A stretch of DNA of 52,681 nt, counting the filler, from Circinaria calcarea (taxonomy: Eukaryota), in NCBI GenBank assembly GCA_051942165.1. It is 3 parts of 3 records of this genome, joined end to end, with 100 filler letters (N's around TTAATTAATTAA, not from the genome) between each part and the next. Parts side by side here need not be neighbours in the genome. Positions count along the whole stretch, not along the records: positions 35,217 to 52,681 come from JAVECS010000267.1; 2 more parts are not named here. One strand, written 5' to 3'. The stretch's first letter is position 1, and every line of letters starts with the position of its first letter. Below the pieces are notes generated by a model, which was not told the origin of the DNA, did no database searches, and saw nothing but the letters and a program-made list of their open reading frames with translations. Below are positions 46,986 through 52,681 of this stretch, piece by piece. A program made the position numbers and the translations under genes.

Positions 46986-47350
46986 CAGGACGCTTTGTAT
47001 TGTGGTTCTGCACTAGCCAGATCGGTAATAGCCTTGATCCTGAAGTACCGATTGATGCGGTGACTTTGATGTAATTCTATCCGCAATCGCAGGCATAAAC
47101 TTGGTGAAAGCTTCCTCTCATCATAACTGAGCTTTAAAGTTCGAGGAAACCACCCAGATGTGTATCATCAGCTCTAACGAAGCCATGGTGAAGCTATAAA
47201 GGCTAAGGAGAAATTTCCAGGAAAACAAGATCTGAAGCGGATTGGGCAAAAACATGAGGATGTGACAGTAATTTTATGGTTAAACGATCTCTTAACATTT
47301 CTACAAAGCCATAGCATACGATGTATGGCTCTACCAAATAATCTTTGCCA

Positions 47351-47438
47351 TGCACGCAGATTTGTAATTGCTGGAAATCGAAGTACCGATCAGATTTTCC
47401 GGCACGGCGGGTTTTCCGGTACGTGTGGAGGGACGTTA
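47351..47438. repeat. pogo-like transposon end, copy 1 of a direct repeat (copy 2 at 51711-51798)
   Basis: AAGTACC..CA.ATTTTCCGGCACG..GGGTTTTCCG..A..T.T.GAGGGACGTTA occurs at both sites; the reverse complement begins TA-ACGT. Confidence 0.75.
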
Positions 47439-47628
47439 TATTCATAACACTTTCGCACCAGGCAAGTTCACTCATCTCAGTTCCGGTAGGGTTGAAGGGA
47501 TATATAGTTGGAGTCTCACTTTCAAGTTCTTTTCTTTCTTTAGCTTAGTATACATAGTTGTACATAGATAAATGGGATCTTCTTGCACCGTCAATTAGCC
47601 CATTACGTATCACCGTCACATGAATTAG

Positions 47629-50600
47629 CTAAGAAGAATAATCGAGTTTTAAAAAGCTAACTCGACCAGAGTGCAAACCAAACGCGAAAGTATTATTATA
47701 AAAAGTTAAACAACAGTTCCGATACTCCTGTGGGAGCCAAAGTAAGTTATAATCATCTTGTCGAATCCAGTTGCCTTCTATTGTTAATGTTTGATTCGAA
47801 AAGAGTCTAGAAGTCGGAACTAAAAGAGACTCCTTTCCAATAAGCATAGTTCCATGATCAAAGAGTAGATTTTTACTATCATTCGAAAAAATAAGCGTCG
47901 TATTATGTCCCACGTTTCCGAGCTTCTGTATTTCTTGGCCCGTGGCTGGGTTCCATAGTCTGACAGTCCGATCATCTGATGCTGAGGCAAGCAACGAGCC
48001 GTCCTGCGAGAATGCCACTGCATTGACCGAACGAGTGTGTCCCTCGAGCTTCTGTATTTCTTGGCCCGTAGCTGGGTTCCACAGTCTGACAGTCCAATCA
48101 TCTGATGCTGAGGCAAGCAACGAGCCGTCCTGCGAGAATGCCACTGCATTGACCCAACTAGTGTGTCCCTCGAGCTTCTGTAGCTCCAGACTCCACATTG
48201 GTGGAGTAATCGGATATCTCCGTATCCATGGTGGAACTTGGCCGCAAACCTTTTTCACGACGCTGGTTTGTGGTGCAAAAATCATCGCTGATGAATAAAT
48301 CTGAAGTGGTGCAAGGTCGACAAAATGTCGGTTAGCCAAGACAATTCGTTGCGCGTCCTGGATGAAGTCTGACAGATCAGATGGATTATCTGACTACCGC
48401 GAGATATGTCAGAGCTTAAATCTTACTCGAAAAGTCTATTTAATGCTTACTTACTGACACAAGCGATCGCAATATGCGTATTTGTTCGATAACTTCGGCG
48501 AGTCTGTTCATCAAACTCATAGCTTCAAGCCAGTGGAGGAAATGCTCCTGTAAGAACATATGCACGTCGTCTTGATCATGAATCTCGACCTTACCATGTT
48601 TAATATGCTGAACCCAGTACCGACATGCATACTGAAACGCAGACGAAAGGCGATTATTGATCGTGGTTTGGTTAATCTCTCGTCGTGGCTTACCAGGATA
48701 CTCGAGCTTACATAAATTCTCTTGCAGGCCTCCAGGCCTAGAAAGCAATTGCAAGCATTTTGAGAGCAGCATGCGATGTGTAGCTTGACCGTTGACTCCA
48801 AATGGTTCCAGTTGAAGCTGGTCACTTAGTAGAAACTCACTAAATGATAGGTGAAGGGTTCGAACTGGTGTATCTGAATCAGTGGGGATCCGCAGCACAG
48901 AATGTAACGGTCGGAGACGGAGCGCAATCGTGTCTGAAGAGAGATTCAGAAGGACCGCCAAGGACTGTATGGAAAGTGGTTCTGCAAGTAAGACGATAGA
49001 CCCGACGATCATACGGAATTCTTGATACAACCGATCTTTGCTATGTGAGTTATTTAATCGTGCTGACAATTGGGTTAGAACGGGCAAATAGGTCTGTGCT
49101 ATCTGTTCTAGTTTCCCAATGCCTGAGAATTGCAAAATCGTCTCCAGTCGTTCTCGAGGGTCCCAATTAGAATCATCAACGAAACGACATACGGTCGCCG
49201 CAACGATAAACAAAGGGACGGCCATGTCGCTTTTGTCACCGGGCCAGTCTCTATCTAAGGGTGTTCCTGATAAGGGGTCCAGGTTGTAGGAATTGCGGAT
49301 TTTCTCAAATGTATCCTCCAGAAAAATCAAGATGTCATGCTGTATCGTTGTGTGAGGAACTGCATCCTGAAGAACCATATCCTGATGAACGGCTGTAGAT
49401 ATATCCTTGAATCCTAGCTGAATAGGTAATTCGGGCCGGCTTGTGAGGAGCAGTTTGAGACGGACAGTGGTAAGATGGGCTAATCGAGACCATAAATCGA
49501 TGATTGCTTTCACGTCCCTTTCTTTCTCACACTCGTCCAGGGCATCGACGACCACGATGAAGGTAGAAGGCCCATTCGCAACGAACTTCACTTGGCGTAA
49601 TAGTTGATAAATCAACTTGTCAAATTGTTCACCCAACGCTCTATCAAAGATGAATGGATCCTGGGTCACCACCTCTGCGACCAAAGCATCGAGCCCTGGT
49701 ATCTTCAACACTAGCTCACGCGTGATGGTGGAGAAGAATCGTGATGCCGAACCTCGATCACCTTCACCGCGTTTAAAAAAGAAGCTGGCACCAAGATCGA
49801 CGCCATCAAGGCCACCTTGACCAGCTGACCACTCAGCCACGGTTCGAGAAATCGTCGATTTGCCGATGCCCGCCCAGCCGCTCAACCAGAAGATGCTCTT
49901 ACTGTGAGGATCTCGAGCCCAGTCGTGAATTTCATGGAGCAAGTCGACTCGGGTGGCAGGATGGCAGGTGATGTGATTGTCTCCGTAGGAGTTATATATT
50001 GCTCCTTTCGCATACGGCAACTTGTCCAAGTCAATCTTGGTCTCAAGCCGATCCAGCGATTCTTGAAGCCGATGAGACTGTTTGAGCTCCTCGAGCACTC
50101 TCTGTAGATCTTGGTTCAGCTTTCCGATCCACTCTCGGTCTTGAGCACCGAGTGTGCGGTCGCAGTTGCTCGCCTCGATCTCGACCCTAACTCCGAGCTC
50201 GTTGCACGTTTTTTCAAAGTCTACAATATCGCCCCTTGTCCAAAAGGCACGAAGCGCACGATAAGATATTGAAGTCTGATAGATCCGAATGGCGCGAGCC
50301 AAGAATCCAAGAATATGCGCATACAGCTCTATTATGGCCGTCTGAAAGTTGGTTCGGGTCAGGGTTGTTGGCAGCTGATGGAGAAACTCAATGTACGCCT
50401 TGAGTCTGTTCGCCGTGTACAGGGCAATCTCGCATCCGACGAGCAGCGAAGTCATCTGATTCGCCTCCGACACGGCAGCCTGTCAATCCAAATGTAAGAT
50501 CTTGGGTGCTTCATTCGGGAGCGTGGGGCTGTACCTCGAGCAGTAGGCGAATGCCAGCCCATGGCAAGCCCGCATGCATGGGATCAACGTTGGCCACGAT

Positions 50601-51136
50601 GTCTCCAACCGCCTTGAATCGGTCCAACCAGCCGACCACCTTGTCAGCCTCCTCTTTCACGTCGACGAGTCGCCCCCTAAATGTAAATTTCCACCTCTTT
50701 TCGATGCAGTATCGTTGCTTCTCCTTCGCCGCGGCTAAGGCTTGTTCGACCGCCAAGTCGATATCACTGGCGTTGTGGAACATGTAATCTTGAATGATTG
50801 CTCGATCATCAGGCGAGAGTCGTTTGAGCACATCACGAAGGAGGTTTGGGTTCGAAGAGGTGTAGAGGTCGCCTGCGGTGATGATAGGAGGCCAATACTA
50901 GCGATCGACAAATCAGCTGAAACCGGCACGGCTGGTGCTGCGCTCGAAGATGCATCTTGGGTGAATGATGAATTTGTTATCTGTGCTGATAACAACGTAG
51001 CAGTCTGGTTCGACCGAGACTCTGGCGAAGGAGATGGTAATGGGGACGAAGCACGGCCCTTAAAAGTAAAGAGTGCAAGAACTCGTTGCCGCCGGCTAGT
51101 CTTTGTAGGCTGAGTGGGGTTCCCATTCATATTCAT
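47629..51136 (-). CDS. NACHT-WD40 NLR (NWD) with helical N-terminal domain; probable frameshift near 50850-50900
   Basis: DPMHAGLPWAGIRLLLE, CHPATRVDLL, Walker A GWAGIGKST, ASFFFKRG, Walker B VVVDALDECE, LLTSRP, LHLSFSEFL, YACRYW, HFLHWLEAMS, APLQIYSSA, WD40 repeats. The frame changes between ORFs 50735-51139 and 50511-50831. Confidence 0.88.
47919..48182 (-). repeat. High-identity 126-bp WD40 tandem repeats (~2.1 copies)
   Basis: AGCTTCTG anchors at 47921, 48047 and 48173 (period 126). Confidence 0.92.
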
Positions 51137-51710
51137 CAATACTTGATGATCACATCTAGTCTCGAGTAGCTTCTGACTTAGATAGGGACTTTACCCCTCA
51201 ATAAGCATGGAGAATGTGCATTCAAGACAAATGAGGGATTCATAAAGGGAAAGCAATAAGTTTCAATTCGGTACTCGGCCTATCACAGTCAGCCTCATAA
51301 GGCTGCGACAAGAGAAGATGGATCGTAAATTACAGCGTAACCATTACATGGAACGCTCAGTGTCATTATACGCTAGCCAGAATCGGCAAATGCTTTGATC
51401 AGAGATACCGACCGGGGTGGCGACCTTGTATGAAATTGCGTGCGACAGCAGGCATAAAGCTGATGATGATTTCCTATCATCGTAATAAGGCTCTAAGGCT
51501 CGAATTAAACCCTTCTATGTGTATTACTCAGTGGTAGAGGCTTAATGTAGTGCTGTAGTGAATAGAGATTATTTCGCCATTAAAGAAAAGCTTTGAGAAA
51601 ATCAGGCGAGAAGGCGACGATGCAAATGTAATTTATAGGTTGGAGAGGTCTTAAATGTTCAACAGTAGCTACAGCACACTACTTATACATAATTTTAATA
51701 AAGCTCAATG

Positions 51711-51798
51711 TGGGCGTAGAGTTATAGTCGCTTGAAGTCAAAGTACCCCTCATATTTTCCGGCACGATGGGTTTTCCGCCATTTATAGAGGGACGTTA
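51711..51798. repeat. pogo-like transposon end, copy 2 of the direct repeat
   Basis: Aligns colinearly with 47351-47438. Confidence 0.75.
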
Positions 51799-52009
51799 AA
51801 GGGCTTTTTTTGGAAGAAGAAGGACTGATGGTCTATTCTTATTTAGTTGCTCAGCTCGAATTTACGAATCTTATTACTCCCACCACCGTTAACACAGAAT
51901 AACGGTGGGCTTTCGTTATCCCCGTAATACTCGGACATGTCTATTCCATAATATCTGGCTGCCATCCATAGATCTGTGTTATGTAACACGTTAACAACTC
52001 TGCTAAGCT

Positions 52010-52273
52010 TTACAAACGATACTTACTATTATGTGCTTCTTGAGCGTGTTGATATTGAGCTCCACTGTTGCATTCTGGGGACAAAAGATTTGACAATGGT
52101 TCGAATGCTTTCCGAGCATCGGTCTCAGATACCGGCTCCTTTAAATTGAGGATTTTGGAGTAGTCGGAAGGATCGAAACTAAGAATCCTATTTGTAGCTG
52201 CCTTGTGTTCCTCAAAGTATTTCTTCTGTTTTGCGTTTTGTTCTTTGCCCGCTTCGTTGCTGGCTTTATACAT
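52010..52273 (-). CDS. Exon encoding a degenerate J-domain-like segment
   Basis: DYSKILNLKEPVSETDARKAFEPLSNLLSPECN..AQEAH resembles DnaJ helices, with SPE in place of HPD; gene structure incomplete. Confidence 0.35.
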   Translation of the reverse strand: MYKASNEAGKEQNAKQKKYFEEHKAATNRILSFDPSDYSKILNLKEPVSETDARKAFEPLSNLLSPECNSGAQYQHAQEAHNSKYRL

Positions 52274-52518
52274 AACGCAAGATTAATCGTTATAAGATAG
52301 GTAAATTATAAAATAGGCAAGCTAATGTTTTCGATTTCTTTAATATAAAGGCTTAGTTATTTCATGTGATTTAAATACTTCACTCCTACCTCCACTTCTA
52401 ACTGAATTATCTGAGATGGGCCTTGCCTCTGTTTACTTGGAACTCTGCAGTCTAATATAAATTTTCCTCTGCTCTATGTCTATTGTAGCTTCTACATCCA
52501 CTTCTAGCTTATCTTTAT

Positions 52519-52651
52519 CCACTTCTGGTCCACCGCCATCCATTTCTGGTCCACCGCCATCCACTTCTGGTCCACCGCCATCCACTTCTGGTCCACCGCC
52601 ATCCACTTCTGGTCCACCGCCATCCACTTCCGGTCCACCGTCATCCACTTC
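52519..52651 (-). repeat. 21-bp tandem repeat x~6 (encodes EVDGGGP on the minus strand)
   Basis: CCACTTCTGGTCCACCGCCAT units. Confidence 0.9.
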
Positions 52652-52681
52652 TAAGGTTCCCAATACCCCACCACAGAGGCT

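Noticed and set aside
35341..47002. 9-bp TSD outside the inverted repeats (CATGTAATG vs TTTGTATTG)
   Set aside because: Only 6/9 matches and the termini are uncertain.
50860..50960. Intron explaining the frame change in the NWD 5' region
   Set aside because: A possible branch/acceptor (GCTGAT...TAG) exists but no good donor; a frameshift is more likely, though unproven.

Overview
Fungal (Pezizomycotina-type; GT-AG introns with CTRAC branch points, RIP-like AT-rich decay) accessory DNA. The window is three ~17.5 kb pieces joined by artificial 100-nt N/TTAATTAATTAA/N linkers (17545-17644, 35117-35216), so the pieces are probably not physically adjacent. Piece 1 (1-17544) looks like a derelict Starship. 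It holds a 5'-truncated DUF3435 'captain' pointing into cargo: DUF6594 membrane protein, a small spliced beta-protein, an intact 685-aa caspase head-to-head with a decayed CHAT protease, a deleted LINE, a frameshifted TPR-CHAT, a pseudokinase and a deleted ferric reductase. Piece 2 (17645-35116) is a compact 4-gene secondary-metabolite cluster: HR-PKS with a degenerate cMT, PLP-dependent alpha-oxoamine synthase, Pth11-like membrane protein and MFS. All four promoters carry TCGG-N3-CCGA. Piece 3 (35217-52681) is a dense regulated-cell-death/allorecognition island. About 11.6 kb between ~130-bp inverted repeats carries a putative tandem pseudo-HET...CHAT fusion head-to-head with a canonical HET gene, a HeLo gene with a two-repeat HET-s-like amyloid motif whose start codon reads ATC, and an adjacent collapsed NWD-type NLR remnant with a matching R0-like motif. 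An NACHT-WD40 NLR flanked by direct transposon-end repeats follows. All domain calls come from motif recognition by eye; no database searches were run.
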